DNA of 64,000 bases from Acidobacteriota bacterium (lineage in GTDB: Bacteria > Acidobacteriota > Blastocatellia > Pyrinomonadales > Pyrinomonadaceae): NCBI GenBank assembly GCA_019639215.1, contig JAHBSH010000001.1, forward strand, positions 20,281-84,280. The letters are read 5' to 3'. This document shows positions 17,176 to 27,928 of the stretch, one piece after another. The stretch's first letter is position 1. Each line of letters begins with the position of its first letter. The notes under the pieces are model-generated. The model ran no database searches, was not told the origin of the DNA, and worked only from the letters and a program-made list of their open reading frames with translations. Made by a program: the position numbers and the translations under genes.

Positions 17176-19047
17176 ATGGCAAAATCTCATTTATTAAGGC
17201 GGCTTACAGCCCCGGTCGATCTGACCAGGGATCACTTCATCGGCAATCCTGACGCCGAGATCACACTCGTAGAATACGGCAGCTATTCCTGTAAATACTG
17301 TCATGCAGCTCACGAGGTAATAGCAGATCTGCGCGACAGGTTTGGCGATAGAATGCGCTATGTATTCCGACAGTTGCCCATCAAGGGAAGTGATTCTGCT
17401 CGTCCTGCTGCTGAGCTTGCTGAATTTGCAGCTGAGACAGGCAACAGCTTTTGGCAGGTGCATGATGAACTGATGCATCGCGGCCCTGATTTTGCTGAAG
17501 GTGAACTCGAAGAAGTTGCTGCAAAATTTGGCTTGAGGCCTGATGACCCCGAGTTTGCCGAAGCAAAAGCCAGAGCTTCTGCGCGGGTTGACGAGCACAA
17601 GCAAAGCGCTCGTGAAAGCGGAGCTCGCGTAACACCTAGTTTTTTCATAAACGGACGCCGTTATGAAGGAGCCTGGGACGAGAATGCCCTGGCAGAAGCA
17701 ATGTTGGGTTCGCTGGGACACCGTATTCAGAGTGCAGCTCTTGATTTTGTCCGTTGGGGCCCGTCTGCCGGACTATTGCTGCTTTTGGCATCACTCACCG
17801 CCGTCTTTTTGGTCAATACGGAACTAGGCCCGAAATTTGAGGCCTTTTGGCACATCAAAACAGGTTTCGGGTGGAACGGGTCAGGCTTTTATCTGTCTTT
17901 GTTTGATTGGATAAATCACGGACTCCTTTCGATCTTTTTCCTCGTGGTCGGCCTCGAAATAAAAAAGGAGTTCACGGTAGGACACCTCGCAACGCGAAGG
18001 TCAGCTGCATTGCCGGTTGCAGCTTCTATCGGCGGAATGGTGCTTCCGGCATTGCTTTATATGATGTTCCTGCCTACGGGGCCGCTTGCGCATGGCTGGG
18101 GCGTTCCGATCGCAACTGACACAGCTTTTGCCATTGCCTTGATCGTGCTGCTAGGCGACCGCGTTCCGGTTGAGCTTCGCGTTTTTCTAACAGCAGCCGT
18201 CATTGTTGATGACATTATAGCCATCATCGTAGTTGCGGTTTTCTATTCCGGCAAGATAAGTTTCGCATTCATCGCCGCATCGGCAATAGTATGCGTTGTA
18301 TTAGGCATCTTGAACCGCTGGAATGTTTATAAGCCGCTGCCTTATGCCCTGGGCGGCCTGATATTGTGGTTCTTCCTGCATGAGGCCGGTCTTCATGCAA
18401 CTCTTGCCGGAGTTTTAATAGCAATACTGACGCCAACACGACCTCCCGGTAATCTGCCAGCATTGCTCGCACAGGCTGAGAATGTAATGTCTGACGAAAT
18501 GCGTCGATCCGGTGAGGCAGTTTTAAGACATGGGCCATCGCATCCGGCGATGGAGGCATTGGACACCATCTTTGACCGTATAGAATCTCCGGCAGACAAA
18601 CTTCTGCGGAGCCTGGAACCATGGTCAAGCTATTTTGTTCTTCCGATATTTGCTCTCGCAAATGCCGGGGTAGCCATAACAGCTGACGTTATAGCAGGCC
18701 ATGCAACACTGATGGCAGCGATAACGGTAGGACTGGTCGTAGGCAAGCCGGTCGGTATAGTGGCTTTTGCCTTCGCCGCCGTCAAACTTAAGTTAGCGGA
18801 AAAGCCGCCCGAATATAATTGGCGACAAATGACAGGGGTTGGAGCGTTAGCCGGTATCGGTTTTACAATGTCTCTTTTTATTGCCGGACAGGCCTTCCCC
18901 GATCCGGATGATTTCGCCGCGGCTAAAATAGCAGTTTTCATTGGTTCAATAGCAGCAGGAACCCTTGGCGTTATATTCCTTATGCCAAGGCGTGCGGAAG
19001 AAGAGGAAACCGAAGAACATACTCCGGCGGAATGTTCAGCCGCATAA
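17176..19047 (+). CDS. nhaA: fusion protein: N-terminal DsbA-like thioredoxin-fold domain + Na+/H+ antiporter NhaA
   Basis: 623 aa. Residues 1-~180: [25 protein letters not shown] (CxxC at 17290-17301) ...[12 protein letters not shown], DsbA/Thioredoxin_4-like. From ~185: NhaA ([31 protein letters not shown], 11-12 TM helices). Confidence 0.85.
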   Translation: MAKSHLLRRLTAPVDLTRDHFIGNPDAEITLVEYGSYSCKYCHAAHEVIADLRDRFGDRMRYVFRQLPIKGSDSARPAAELAEFAAETGNSFWQVHDELMHRGPDFAEGELEEVAAKFGLRPDDPEFAEAKARASARVDEHKQSARESGARVTPSFFINGRRYEGAWDENALAEAMLGSLGHRIQSAALDFVRWGPSAGLLLLLASLTAVFLVNTELGPKFEAFWHIKTGFGWNGSGFYLSLFDWINHGLLSIFFLVVGLEIKKEFTVGHLATRRSAALPVAASIGGMVLPALLYMMFLPTGPLAHGWGVPIATDTAFAIALIVLLGDRVPVELRVFLTAAVIVDDIIAIIVVAVFYSGKISFAFIAASAIVCVVLGILNRWNVYKPLPYALGGLILWFFLHEAGLHATLAGVLIAILTPTRPPGNLPALLAQAENVMSDEMRRSGEAVLRHGPSHPAMEALDTIFDRIESPADKLLRSLEPWSSYFVLPIFALANAGVAITADVIAGHATLMAAITVGLVVGKPVGIVAFAFAAVKLKLAEKPPEYNWRQMTGVGALAGIGFTMSLFIAGQAFPDPDDFAAAKIAVFIGSIAAGTLGVIFLMPRRAEEEETEEHTPAECSAA

Positions 19048-19067
19048 TACTCTCTTTTCAAGACGTT

Positions 19068-19102
19068 AAAAAAGCCGTCTGATGTATCAGACGGCTTTTT
19101 TA
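19068..19102. terminator. bidirectional rho-independent terminator between convergent nhaA fusion and metalloprotease genes
   Basis: AAAAAAGCCGTCTGA-TGTA-TCAGACGGCTTTTTT: a perfect 10-bp GC-containing stem flanked by an A-tract and a T-tract. Confidence 0.85.
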
Positions 19103-19124
19103 CGTACTGGTCAGTTAAACCGAA

Positions 19125-21755
19125 TTATGGATTTATAACATAATCCGTCCAGCAGTTGTGCATATTTTCATACATGAAGATCTGCTCAAATGAAGGACCT
19201 CCTCCTACACCAGCGGCAACCGGTGAGACACGCGGAGCATTCGGGTGAAGGATGTCAGCTATCTGGTCACGAACAGCTTCAAGGTGAACGCGAGTAGCTT
19301 GATCAGTTGTCTTAGTTATCGCGTTGGCAACCTCTGCGTCCAGAGTTCTCAACTCTGCGCGGTAATACCCTTTTTCATCACCGCTAGAAATGAACTGAGC
19401 GGCAAACGCTGCGGGAATACCGGCAGGAACCTGTGTGGTCTGGTTTATCTTTGTGTTCGCGATCTCAAGGTATGAACGCTGCAGATTGCGGCGATACGCA
19501 TCAACAACTACTGATGAACCACTGAGTTCACTCCAGACACCGTTCCTTACATCACTAAGCATTTCAGAGGGCTGATATGCAGATGTCCCGTCAACCGCCT
19601 GCTGCTCCGCAAGACGTGCGAACCTTGAGCTCGAAAGCAGATTGTTCAGCACCGACCGCTGGGCGTTGCGAATACGGTTCAAAGCTCCTATCGGTTCGAT
19701 ACGTCGAAGGATCTCTTTATCCAAAGCCCAGTGAGGTGTTTGAAAAGCATTTTGATTAAGGAATCTGACCGCCTCTACCTGACGGGTCTTTGGAACAGGA
19801 ACAAAACGTAGGCCTTCCTGACCGACGTGTTTTTGCCTGGTGTCAAATCCGCCGACTATGGCAGCTACGTGATTAAGCTCAAGCGTCCATTGACCCAACA
19901 TTCTGCCGTATAATTCGGAAAGATCCGCATACGTATCACCCTTAATGTTGGTGGTCGCAGGAATAAGCATTTTGGAAACCCGCTCAAGATTCTTGAGGCC
20001 TAGTCCGGTAGCCTTAACAGCGTCTATATCACCAACAGCTTCGGTCAATTCACCGGGATCTGATCCTGCCGAACCTGACGTCGAGAAACGCAGCCATGGT
20101 TTGGTGTCCTGTTCACGTGCCCATGTGTCAAGAGTAGCCCTTTCTTCATCAGGGGTCTTTGCATTCGCTATCGGTGCATAACCCCATTTCGTTGCCCAAA
20201 CGTCATAAGGACCAATGCCGGGAACCAACAGTTCTACAGGCATTTTGTCTTCAGGTTGTGCAACATAGTTGAATCTGGAATAGTCCATCAGAGTGGAAAC
20301 GTGACCATTTTCTTTAACCCATTTAGGGTCGCGTATCTGTTCGACCGTGTAGGTAGAGCTTGATTTCATATTGTGCTGGAAACCAAGCGTATGACCTACT
20401 TCGTGGGCGACAACATATTCAACCAAGGTTCCCATTAGATCATCCGGCATCGGAAGTTTCGCAACGCGCGGATCAAGCGGGCCAACCTGTGTGAAATACC
20501 ATGAACGCTGAAGGTTCATGATGTTGTGATACATCTGAATGTCTGATTCCAATATTTCACCAGTGCGTGGGTCGTTGACGTGCGGCCCCATAGCATTTTC
20601 GATATTAGACGGAAGCCAGCGAATAACTGAATATCGTGCATCCTCAGGGCTGAAATCAGGATCTTCTTCTTTACTTGGAGCCATTTTTGCGATGATCGCG
20701 TTCTTGAATCCTGCTGCTTCAAAAGCTTTTTGCCATTTTTCGACACCACGTTTTGTGAACGGAACAAGCCATGTCGGTGTCGCCCTGTCAATGTAATAAA
20801 CAATTGGCTTTACGGGCTCAGAAAGTGCCGCGTTAGGGTCTTTCTTTTCCAGTCTCCAACGGGTTATGAAACGACGCTGAGCCACCTTATGGTCAGGACG
20901 TCCAAAGTCGGAATTGGTCACGGAGAAGTACCCGACGCGGTCATCGTACAAACGAGGCATCATCGGATTTTCAGGAAGTTTGACCATACTATGATGGAGT
21001 GCAACCGTTGCACTTCCCGGTCTCATGCCAGAAGCTGCAGCTCCACCTCCCATTCCGCCTCCACCGCCGCCCGGTGTGGCAACACGTGTATATGTATGTG
21101 TGGCTACGGCCTCAATATTGGTCGGATAGGGTGATATGCGTTCAAGATAGCTTCTTGACGCATCAAGAGCATTAGCGCTGAGACGTTGGCGAGCGCTGAA
21201 TTCGAAAACATCGGTCGTGAAGAGCCGTGTAACATCGATCACGCTGGAATCATTCGGACCATACGCCGCAATAGGAAAGCTCATCAGTATCGTTTCATTC
21301 TTGGCATTATCAACAGCCTCGCTGATAGGCATGTTCGAATCAGCTACGATACTGTAATTCTTCAAGCGAAGATCGATAGTGTCATTTCGCTTTTCCCAGC
21401 TAACAACGCGATTTCCGAGAGCCTGGCCGCCATAGCCTACACCCAAGGTGGTTCGGGCTATTTGCGTTACCCACAAAAACTCTTTGTTCAATTCATTCTT
21501 CGGTATTTCATAAAAGAACTTATCTTTTATCTGATGCACCTTGAAAACACCGTCTTTTGTTACGGCGTCCTTAGTTATCACTTTGTCATAGGGCTGCGGG
21601 TCCTGTGATGCTCCCGCTCCGCCCGGACGCTGGCCTCCGGCTGGAGGTCCTCCGGCAGGTGGGGTGGTTGGCGGTCCGTCTTGAGCGACAATGCCGCCTG
21701 CCAGAGCCATACTGAAAATGGCACTGAACAAAAGCTTTGATCCGATTCTTCTCAT
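19125..21755 (-). CDS. secreted zinc metalloprotease (DUF5117/DUF4953-type)
   Basis: 876 aa. Signal peptide [21 protein letters not shown], Pro/Gly-rich linker, zincin motif [14 protein letters not shown]. The overall size and layout resemble the large DUF4953/DUF5117 zinc-dependent metalloproteases. Confidence 0.8.
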   Translation of the reverse strand: MRRIGSKLLFSAIFSMALAGGIVAQDGPPTTPPAGGPPAGGQRPGGAGASQDPQPYDKVITKDAVTKDGVFKVHQIKDKFFYEIPKNELNKEFLWVTQIARTTLGVGYGGQALGNRVVSWEKRNDTIDLRLKNYSIVADSNMPISEAVDNAKNETILMSFPIAAYGPNDSSVIDVTRLFTTDVFEFSARQRLSANALDASRSYLERISPYPTNIEAVATHTYTRVATPGGGGGGMGGGAAASGMRPGSATVALHHSMVKLPENPMMPRLYDDRVGYFSVTNSDFGRPDHKVAQRRFITRWRLEKKDPNAALSEPVKPIVYYIDRATPTWLVPFTKRGVEKWQKAFEAAGFKNAIIAKMAPSKEEDPDFSPEDARYSVIRWLPSNIENAMGPHVNDPRTGEILESDIQMYHNIMNLQRSWYFTQVGPLDPRVAKLPMPDDLMGTLVEYVVAHEVGHTLGFQHNMKSSSTYTVEQIRDPKWVKENGHVSTLMDYSRFNYVAQPEDKMPVELLVPGIGPYDVWATKWGYAPIANAKTPDEERATLDTWAREQDTKPWLRFSTSGSAGSDPGELTEAVGDIDAVKATGLGLKNLERVSKMLIPATTNIKGDTYADLSELYGRMLGQWTLELNHVAAIVGGFDTRQKHVGQEGLRFVPVPKTRQVEAVRFLNQNAFQTPHWALDKEILRRIEPIGALNRIRNAQRSVLNNLLSSSRFARLAEQQAVDGTSAYQPSEMLSDVRNGVWSELSGSSVVVDAYRRNLQRSYLEIANTKINQTTQVPAGIPAAFAAQFISSGDEKGYYRAELRTLDAEVANAITKTTDQATRVHLEAVRDQIADILHPNAPRVSPVAAGVGGGPSFEQIFMYENMHNCWTDYVINP

Positions 21756-22222
21756 TTGATCTTTTCTCCTAGGATTTTATGGCGACGTATTGTTCCAAAA
21801 TAGCCGAGGCATTATAAATGCCACTACGGCCAAGTAACCAGATAGAACGAAATACCGAACGCGAGGCTTTTGAAAAAAGTGAGGACCTCGTTAAAAATGG
21901 CTCAGCCATCCGGTAGTTCGCCGCATTATTCCGGTTTTTGGATCAGATACAGGTTCGATAATTTATAGCATTGATCCGGCGAAGGCGCAATTGAACCTTC
22001 AACATCGCCATTACCGATCAGGCCGGATAAATAACATTTCGGAAGCCACTATACGATTATCGCTACTGTTCTACGTGTGCAATAAACGAATGGTTTCATA
22101 ATTGCCTTTCCGAAAATCGCTATTTTTACGGTTCGAAAGGCCCTTTAACGACTGGGAAAGTAGACTGGCAGCGAAATAGGAGGTTTGTCCAAAAGCGGCC
22201 GTTCTCCGACATTCGCCATAAT

Positions 22223-22597
22223 CTACTCAGGGTGAAGATAAAAGACCTTGCTGATGATCTTCCAGACCCCGTCTTCTTTAAGCAAAGTAAAAAAGTCTGT
22301 AAAGCGGTGACCCGTCCAATTTGTAAGCTCAAGACGCACTATTCCGACTGTGCCTTCGATGTCAATGACAGATACATTACCAGTTAAGTCGGCGGCAGGG
22401 CCGTTGTTGTCATGCCATGCAAAGAAATCGCTTATAGGTCCTCCGAAAAGATCGGGACCAACATAGCCATAGATGGTCGCGGCCGGATGAAATGCCGGAG
22501 CTAGATCAGCACTGCTTCCTGAAACAGCTCCATTGATATAGATATCCATTACATTACGGATAGCTGCTTCATCTGCAGAATTTGTATCATCGTTCAT
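22223..22597 (-). CDS. NTF2-fold protein (SnoaL / putative lumazine-binding family)
   Basis: ORF track gives 22223..22735, but that would overlap xth. ATG 22597 (MNDDTNSADEAAIRNVMDIYINGAVSG...) gives a 124-aa protein resembling NTF2-like Lumazine_bd_2 proteins (...VIDIEGTVGIVRLELTNWTGHRFTDFFTLLKEDGVWKIISKVF). Confidence 0.6.
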   Translation of the reverse strand: MNDDTNSADEAAIRNVMDIYINGAVSGSSADLAPAFHPAATIYGYVGPDLFGGPISDFFAWHDNNGPAADLTGNVSVIDIEGTVGIVRLELTNWTGHRFTDFFTLLKEDGVWKIISKVFYLHPE

Positions 22598-22664
22598 TTT
22601 TCCGTACTTTCCTTGTGTAAGTAGACTTAATTCCGTAAATCGATCTAGCCGCGCCAAATAACGA

Positions 22665-23435
22665 TCAGATATTGAATTCGGCGATAACCGGAGCGTGATC
22701 GCTCGGTTTTTCAAGCGACCGCGTAGATCGATCAATTACACAGCTGGTACAGCTTTTTGAAAGTGATGGCGATGTCCAGATATAGTCAATTCGCAGACCG
22801 CGATCTCGCTGCCATGCTCCCTCGCGATAATTCCACCAAGAGAACTCTTGTTTATCTCCATTTATCTGCCTAAATGCATCCACAAAACCCCACTGTTTTA
22901 CATAGTGCATTGCCGCCCTTTCGGTTTTTGTGAAATGAAGTTTCCCTTCCCATGCGGGAACACTCCAAACGTCCAATTCTTCCATTGCTACATTGAAATC
23001 GCCGCAGAGCAATACCTTGCCGTCGGCTTGATAATCTTCGTCAAAGAATTTTCTCAAATTCTGAAGCCAATTAAGCTTGAATGTAAACTTGTCTGTACCA
23101 AGTTCGGTTCCGTTCGGTATATATGTGTTCACAATTCGGACGCCGTTGATCGTAGCTGCGATAAGACGCTTAGGGGATTCATCATCATCGCCCGCGAAGC
23201 CCTTTTGCACATCACCAATTGGATATTTTGAAAGTATTGCGACGCCATTATATGACTTCTGGCCAAAGAACGCGGTCTGATAACCGGCATCTTCTATTTG
23301 TTGACGAGGGAAATTTTCGTCGACGCACTTTGTCTCCTGCAAACAGATAACATCCGGCTCAGCACGATCTATCCAGTCGAACATCTGCGGAAGACGAACG
23401 TTGATAGAATTTACGTTCCATGTAGCGATCTTCAT
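22665..23435 (-). CDS. xth: exodeoxyribonuclease III (AP endonuclease)
   Basis: MKIATWNVNSINVRLPQMFDWIDRAEPDVICLQETK, GDFNVA, SDHAPV: the canonical Xth/EEP family pattern. Confidence 0.92.
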   Translation of the reverse strand: MKIATWNVNSINVRLPQMFDWIDRAEPDVICLQETKCVDENFPRQQIEDAGYQTAFFGQKSYNGVAILSKYPIGDVQKGFAGDDDESPKRLIAATINGVRIVNTYIPNGTELGTDKFTFKLNWLQNLRKFFDEDYQADGKVLLCGDFNVAMEELDVWSVPAWEGKLHFTKTERAAMHYVKQWGFVDAFRQINGDKQEFSWWNYREGAWQRDRGLRIDYIWTSPSLSKSCTSCVIDRSTRSLEKPSDHAPVIAEFNI

Positions 23436-23483
23436 AACTCTATTTTTACCACAGCCGAAATGCCGTAACCATACGGTAAAACC

Positions 23484-24449
23484 CTACTTTGTCATATTTC
23501 CACTATTGCGTTCCCAAAAGACGCAGTCTTTAAACCCCTGTATCGTCTTGTCAATTTTGGCAAGTTCAAGACGTTTGGCGGCGACCAGACAGTATTGTTC
23601 ATCAGATTCGATGGCAATAAAACGGCGGTTCAATTTTTTTGCCGTCACCGCTGTGGTTCCGCTTCCGGCGAAAGGGTCGAGAATCAATTCACCGGAATTG
23701 GTCGAGGCGAGAATAATTTTTGCCAGAAGTTTTTCAGGCTTTTGCGTCGGGTGATCTGTATTTTCAGGCATCGACCAAAACGGCACAGTGATGTCCGTCC
23801 ATATATTCGAGGGATGAGTGTCGCGGAATTTCCCGCTCTCTCCATCGCTCCAGTCTTTTGGCCTACCATTTTCTTTATAAGGGGCAAGCACACGGCGGCG
23901 TTGTTTTACTGCGTCTAGGTTAAACGTGTAATCATCTGACACTGTAAAGAACCAGATGTCCTCTGTTGCGTTCTTCCAATTCCGTTTGGCTCCGCGGCCT
24001 TTTTCACGCTCCCATGTGATCCGATTGCGGAGCTTGAAATATTTAGAGGCTGCATTTTGAATCACCGCACCGGAACGCCAATCTCCGCAAATGTAAACGC
24101 TTGCCGTTGGCCTAAGAAGCGGAACGCAAAGCCGCAGCCACGAATCGAGCCATTCTTCATAACCATCGCTAGTGGTCTGTCTAAATGATTCTTTGCCAAA
24201 ATCCTTTGTCAGATTATACGGCGGGTCAGCAAACATCAGATCAAAACTTTTTGGTATTAACCTGGGCAAGACCGAAAAGGAATTTCCGCAAATAATAAGA
24301 TCCTTTTTGTTTTTTTCCAAAAGGTTTTCCGCGACGATACCTAGCTTGAGACCCGCGATCTCGTTTTCCGATATCTCCACGGTCCTATTCCTCAAAGCTC
24401 TTTTCTTTTTTGGTTGATCTTCTATATATGCCTCATAGATCCGAATCAT
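23484..24449 (-). CDS. DNA methyltransferase, beta-class N6-adenine/N4-cytosine family (N6_N4_Mtase), no adjacent restriction gene
   Basis: 321 aa. Motif IV FADPPYNL precedes motif I ILDPFAGSGTTAVTAKKLNRRFIAIE (beta-class order), and HPTQKPEKLL is conserved. The flanking genes are xth and the atp operon. Confidence 0.85.
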   Translation of the reverse strand: MIRIYEAYIEDQPKKKRALRNRTVEISENEIAGLKLGIVAENLLEKNKKDLIICGNSFSVLPRLIPKSFDLMFADPPYNLTKDFGKESFRQTTSDGYEEWLDSWLRLCVPLLRPTASVYICGDWRSGAVIQNAASKYFKLRNRITWEREKGRGAKRNWKNATEDIWFFTVSDDYTFNLDAVKQRRRVLAPYKENGRPKDWSDGESGKFRDTHPSNIWTDITVPFWSMPENTDHPTQKPEKLLAKIILASTNSGELILDPFAGSGTTAVTAKKLNRRFIAIESDEQYCLVAAKRLELAKIDKTIQGFKDCVFWERNSGNMTK

Positions 24450-24631
24450 TGAAACGTAGTAGGGGAACGCGTTTTTATGTAAATCAGATTATACGCGGAC
24501 TGCGAAATTTTAAAAATCACCGCGAATAGCTATTGTCATTATGAACATTTTTAGATTAAAAGAAGACGCAATATGCTGTGAAACCCTTGTTAATACGCGC
24601 CTAAACGCAAAAAATGACCATCTACACCGGC

Positions 24632-24658
24632 TTGACCCTCTATATGGCGCGTGATAAT
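24632..24658 (+). promoter_or_regulatory. candidate sigma-70 promoter for the atp genes
   Basis: TTGACC (24632-24637), 15-nt spacer, GATAAT (24653-24658), about 65 nt upstream of ATG 24724. The short spacer makes this weak. Confidence 0.3.
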
Positions 24659-24723
24659 GTTATATGTTTTGAGACGAGAACCGTCATTACTCTATATTTT
24701 AATAGCTTTTTTTAATAAATAGT

Positions 24724-25176
24724 ATGGTTTTGCTGGCATTTGCCGAAGGTTCGTTACAACTGGTTCCGGACGGCACAATTATTTATCACATAGCGCTTAT
24801 TCTAGTGATGATATGGGCGCTGAACCGTACTTTTTTCAAACCTATCAACGCGATCATCGAAAAGCGTTCGAAGCAAAAAGCCGGACGCGGCGGCGAAGCG
24901 GAAGATATCCTCGCAGATGTAGCTAATAAGCAAAAAAACTACGAAAAGCAGATGCTTGGGGCTAGAAACGAAAGCTACGAGCTGATCGAAAATGAGCGAG
25001 CTGCGGCTGTGGAAATGCGTCAAAAGACCATTTCTGATGCCAGAGAGGCGGCGACGGCTCTGGTTGCGTCCGAAAAAGAGATCCTAAAAGGGGCTGTAGC
25101 TGAGGCACGCGTTCAAATCGCCCTCGAAGCGGACAAAATGGCGGATAAGGTGGCCGCAAATATTCTCAAGGCGTAG
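24724..25176 (+). CDS. F0F1 ATP synthase subunit b' (second stalk subunit)
   Basis: 150 aa. One N-terminal TM helix (IIYHIALILVMIWALNRTFFKPI) then a long charged coiled coil. Lies immediately upstream of a second b-type gene. Confidence 0.7.
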   Translation: MVLLAFAEGSLQLVPDGTIIYHIALILVMIWALNRTFFKPINAIIEKRSKQKAGRGGEAEDILADVANKQKNYEKQMLGARNESYELIENERAAAVEMRQKTISDAREAATALVASEKEILKGAVAEARVQIALEADKMADKVAANILKA

Positions 25177-25182
25177 GACAGT

Positions 25183-25755
25183 ATGTTTGCATTAGCTCTA
25201 AACGTAGTCATTTTTCTCGCGGCAGCCGGTTCGGGGTCAGAGAGCGGTTTTGTTCAAGGTTGGAACAAATGGCTTAACTATCCGGGCTTTGAGATCTGGA
25301 AATTCGTCAATCTGTTCATTTTTGTCGGCCTGCTTAGCTATATCCTCAAAAAGCCGCTTTCAAGTGCATTCAAGGCAAAACGAGAGGTCATCAGAGCAGA
25401 ACTTATCAAGGCTGAGGAAGCAAAACAGGCTGCCTTAGCAAAACTCACCGACGTTGAGGCAAAACTTGCAGGTGTCGACTCAGAAAAGCAAGCGATAATG
25501 TCAGAGGCCCGCGAAGAGATCGAGCACGAAAAAGAGCGCTTGTCCGCCCAGGCCGATTTTGAGGCAGGAAAGATACGCGAACAGGCTGAAGGCGAAGTTG
25601 TTCGCATAGGCCAGGTTGCAAAGCTGGAACTTCGACGTTTTGGCGCTGAGGAAAGCATACGTCGAGCCGAAGAAAAACTACGGGCAAAAGTAAATGCCGG
25701 TACTGATTCTCAGTTAATAGACTCTGGAATAAGGGCAATAGGAGGTTTGAACTGA
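25183..25755 (+). CDS. atpF: F0F1 ATP synthase subunit b
   Basis: 190 aa. TM helix (FVNLFIFVGLLSYILKKPL) plus an Ala/Glu/Lys-rich coiled coil. Sits directly before atpH. Confidence 0.75.
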   Translation: MFALALNVVIFLAAAGSGSESGFVQGWNKWLNYPGFEIWKFVNLFIFVGLLSYILKKPLSSAFKAKREVIRAELIKAEEAKQAALAKLTDVEAKLAGVDSEKQAIMSEAREEIEHEKERLSAQADFEAGKIREQAEGEVVRIGQVAKLELRRFGAEESIRRAEEKLRAKVNAGTDSQLIDSGIRAIGGLN

Positions 25756-25756
25756 T

Positions 25757-26299
25757 ATGAGTGTTGAAACTATTGCTCGCAGATATGCAACTGCTCTTGC
25801 CGATGTTGTTGTAGAAAAGAACGAGACCGATGTCGTCAGAGGTGAATTGAAGGCATGGGAAGAATTGATCCGTTCAAACATTGAACTGAACAGGGCTTTT
25901 GGTGACCCCTCGATCACACACGTTAAAAAAGAGGGTGTGCTTGAGGCTTTGCTTCAAAAAACTTCTCCGACACAAACAACAGCTAATTTCCTTCGCGTTC
26001 TGCTCAGAAACAGTAGAATAACCGACTTGGCTGACATCAACGAAAGGTTCGTTTCTGTACTTGAGGAACGTAGCGGCCTTGTGAACGGGACGGTCACGTC
26101 TGCTCACCCCCTTACCGACACGCAAAAGAACGAACTACAAGGAAATTTGGAAAAGGTAACGGGCAAAACCGTAAATCTAACATATTCGATAGACCCGGAG
26201 CTGATAGGCGGCGTGGTCACTCGTATCGGTTCAACCGTTTATGACGGTTCCGTACGTACACAGCTTGAACATTTAAGAGAACAATTATTGGAAAAATAG
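25757..26299 (+). CDS. atpH: F0F1 ATP synthase subunit delta (OSCP)
   Basis: 180 aa. IARRYATALADV at the N-terminus and LIGGVVTRIGSTVYDGSVRTQLEHL at the C-terminus are typical delta/OSCP motifs. Confidence 0.88.
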   Translation: MSVETIARRYATALADVVVEKNETDVVRGELKAWEELIRSNIELNRAFGDPSITHVKKEGVLEALLQKTSPTQTTANFLRVLLRNSRITDLADINERFVSVLEERSGLVNGTVTSAHPLTDTQKNELQGNLEKVTGKTVNLTYSIDPELIGGVVTRIGSTVYDGSVRTQLEHLREQLLEK

Positions 26300-26395
26300 A
26301 GGGCTAATAGTTAATGGTTAGTGGTTAATTGTTAAAGGTAAATTAGGGCCGGCAGTTAACAACGAACAATCAACCATTTTCAATAGACAAAAACA

Positions 26396-27928
26396 ATGGA
26401 AGCAATCAAGGCAGACGAGATCAACGAGATCATCAGAGCACAGATCGAAAATTTTGATTCGAGCATGACGGTCGATGAAGTGGGTACTGTTATTAAGGTC
26501 GGCGACGGCATTGCAGAGGTTTACGGCCTGCAAAAGGTTATGGCCGGTGAGTTGCTTGAGTTTCCGCACGGCGTTCGCGGCCTTGCCCTCAACCTTGAAG
26601 AAGATAAGGTCGGCTGTGTGCTTTTCGGCGATTCGCAGAAGATCAAGGAAGGCGACGAGGCAAAGCGAACCCGCCGCATCATGAGCGTCCCTGTCGGCGA
26701 TGCTTTGATCGGTCGCGTTGTCGATGCTCTCGGTAACGCCATTGACGGCAAGGGCGAGATCATAACCGATACATTTAATCCGGTTGAGCGTATCGCTCCC
26801 GGTATTATCGACCGCCAGCCTGTTAAAGAACCGCTTCAGACCGGTTTGAAGGCGATCGACTCAATGGTGCCTATCGGCCGCGGACAGCGCGAGCTTATCA
26901 TCGGTGACCGCCAGACAGGCAAGACCGCTGTTGCTATCGACACTATCATCAACCAGAAAGGCAAAGACGTTATCTGTATTTACGTCGCTATCGGGCAAAA
27001 GGCATCAACCGTTGCTCAGGTCGTTAAAAAGCTTGAAGATTACGGTGCAATGGATTACACAGTGGTTGTTTCAGCAACTGCGTCTGATCCGGCAGCTATG
27101 CAGTATCTGGCACCGTATTCGGGCGTCGCCATCGGTGAGTACTTCCGCGACAATGGCCGCCACGCTTTGACCATCTATGATGATCTGTCCAAGCAGGCCG
27201 CCGCTTATCGTGAGATCTCGCTGCTTCTTCGTCGTCCTCCGGGTCGCGAAGCTTATCCTGGAGACGTTTTCTATCTTCACTCACGCTTGCTTGAGCGTGC
27301 TGCAAAGATGTCTGACGCACGCGGCGGAGGTTCATTGACCTCTTTGCCGATCATCGAAACGCAGGCTGGCGATATTTCGGCATACATCCCAACGAACGTG
27401 ATCTCGATCACGGATGGACAGATCTTCCTTGAGGCTGACCTCTTTAACTCCGGTGTTCGCCCGGCTATCAACGTTGGTAACTCAGTTTCCCGCGTTGGCG
27501 GTTCGGCACAGATCAAGGCGATGAAAGCCGTTGCCGGTACTCTTCGTATAGACCTTGCTCAGTTCCGCGAACTCGCTGCATTCGCACAGTTTGGTTCTGA
27601 TCTTGATAAATCAACACAGGCACAGCTGGAACGCGGCCGCCGCCTGACCGAGATCTTGAAACAGGGTCAGTATCAGCCGATGGAGGTAGAACAACAGGTG
27701 ACTATCATCTGGACTGTGACCAACGGCCTTGCGGACGATATTGCGGTGGAAGATCTCAGGCGTTTTGAAGATGAACTTATCGCGTATATGAAGAACGCTC
27801 ATCCGGGCGTAATGACCACGATCCGCGAGAAGAAGACCATCGACGACGCCTTGAAAGCTGAGATGAAGGAAGCCGTTGAAGACTTTAAGGCAACACGCTG
27901 GGAATCAGCAACCGCAGCAGCAGCATAA
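26396..27928 (+). CDS. atpA: F0F1 ATP synthase subunit alpha
   Basis: 510 aa. P-loop [20 protein letters not shown]-like [54 protein letters not shown]. Confidence 0.98.
   Translation: MEAIKADEINEIIRAQIENFDSSMTVDEVGTVIKVGDGIAEVYGLQKVMAGELLEFPHGVRGLALNLEEDKVGCVLFGDSQKIKEGDEAKRTRRIMSVPVGDALIGRVVDALGNAIDGKGEIITDTFNPVERIAPGIIDRQPVKEPLQTGLKAIDSMVPIGRGQRELIIGDRQTGKTAVAIDTIINQKGKDVICIYVAIGQKASTVAQVVKKLEDYGAMDYTVVVSATASDPAAMQYLAPYSGVAIGEYFRDNGRHALTIYDDLSKQAAAYREISLLLRRPPGREAYPGDVFYLHSRLLERAAKMSDARGGGSLTSLPIIETQAGDISAYIPTNVISITDGQIFLEADLFNSGVRPAINVGNSVSRVGGSAQIKAMKAVAGTLRIDLAQFRELAAFAQFGSDLDKSTQAQLERGRRLTEILKQGQYQPMEVEQQVTIIWTVTNGLADDIAVEDLRRFEDELIAYMKNAHPGVMTTIREKKTIDDALKAEMKEAVEDFKATRWESATAAAA

Noticed and set aside
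23436-24723. Restriction-modification or other defence system around the methyltransferase
   Set aside because: No endonuclease-like, helicase, specificity-subunit or mobile-element ORF lies on either side. The neighbours are xth and the atp operon, so only an orphan methyltransferase can be claimed.
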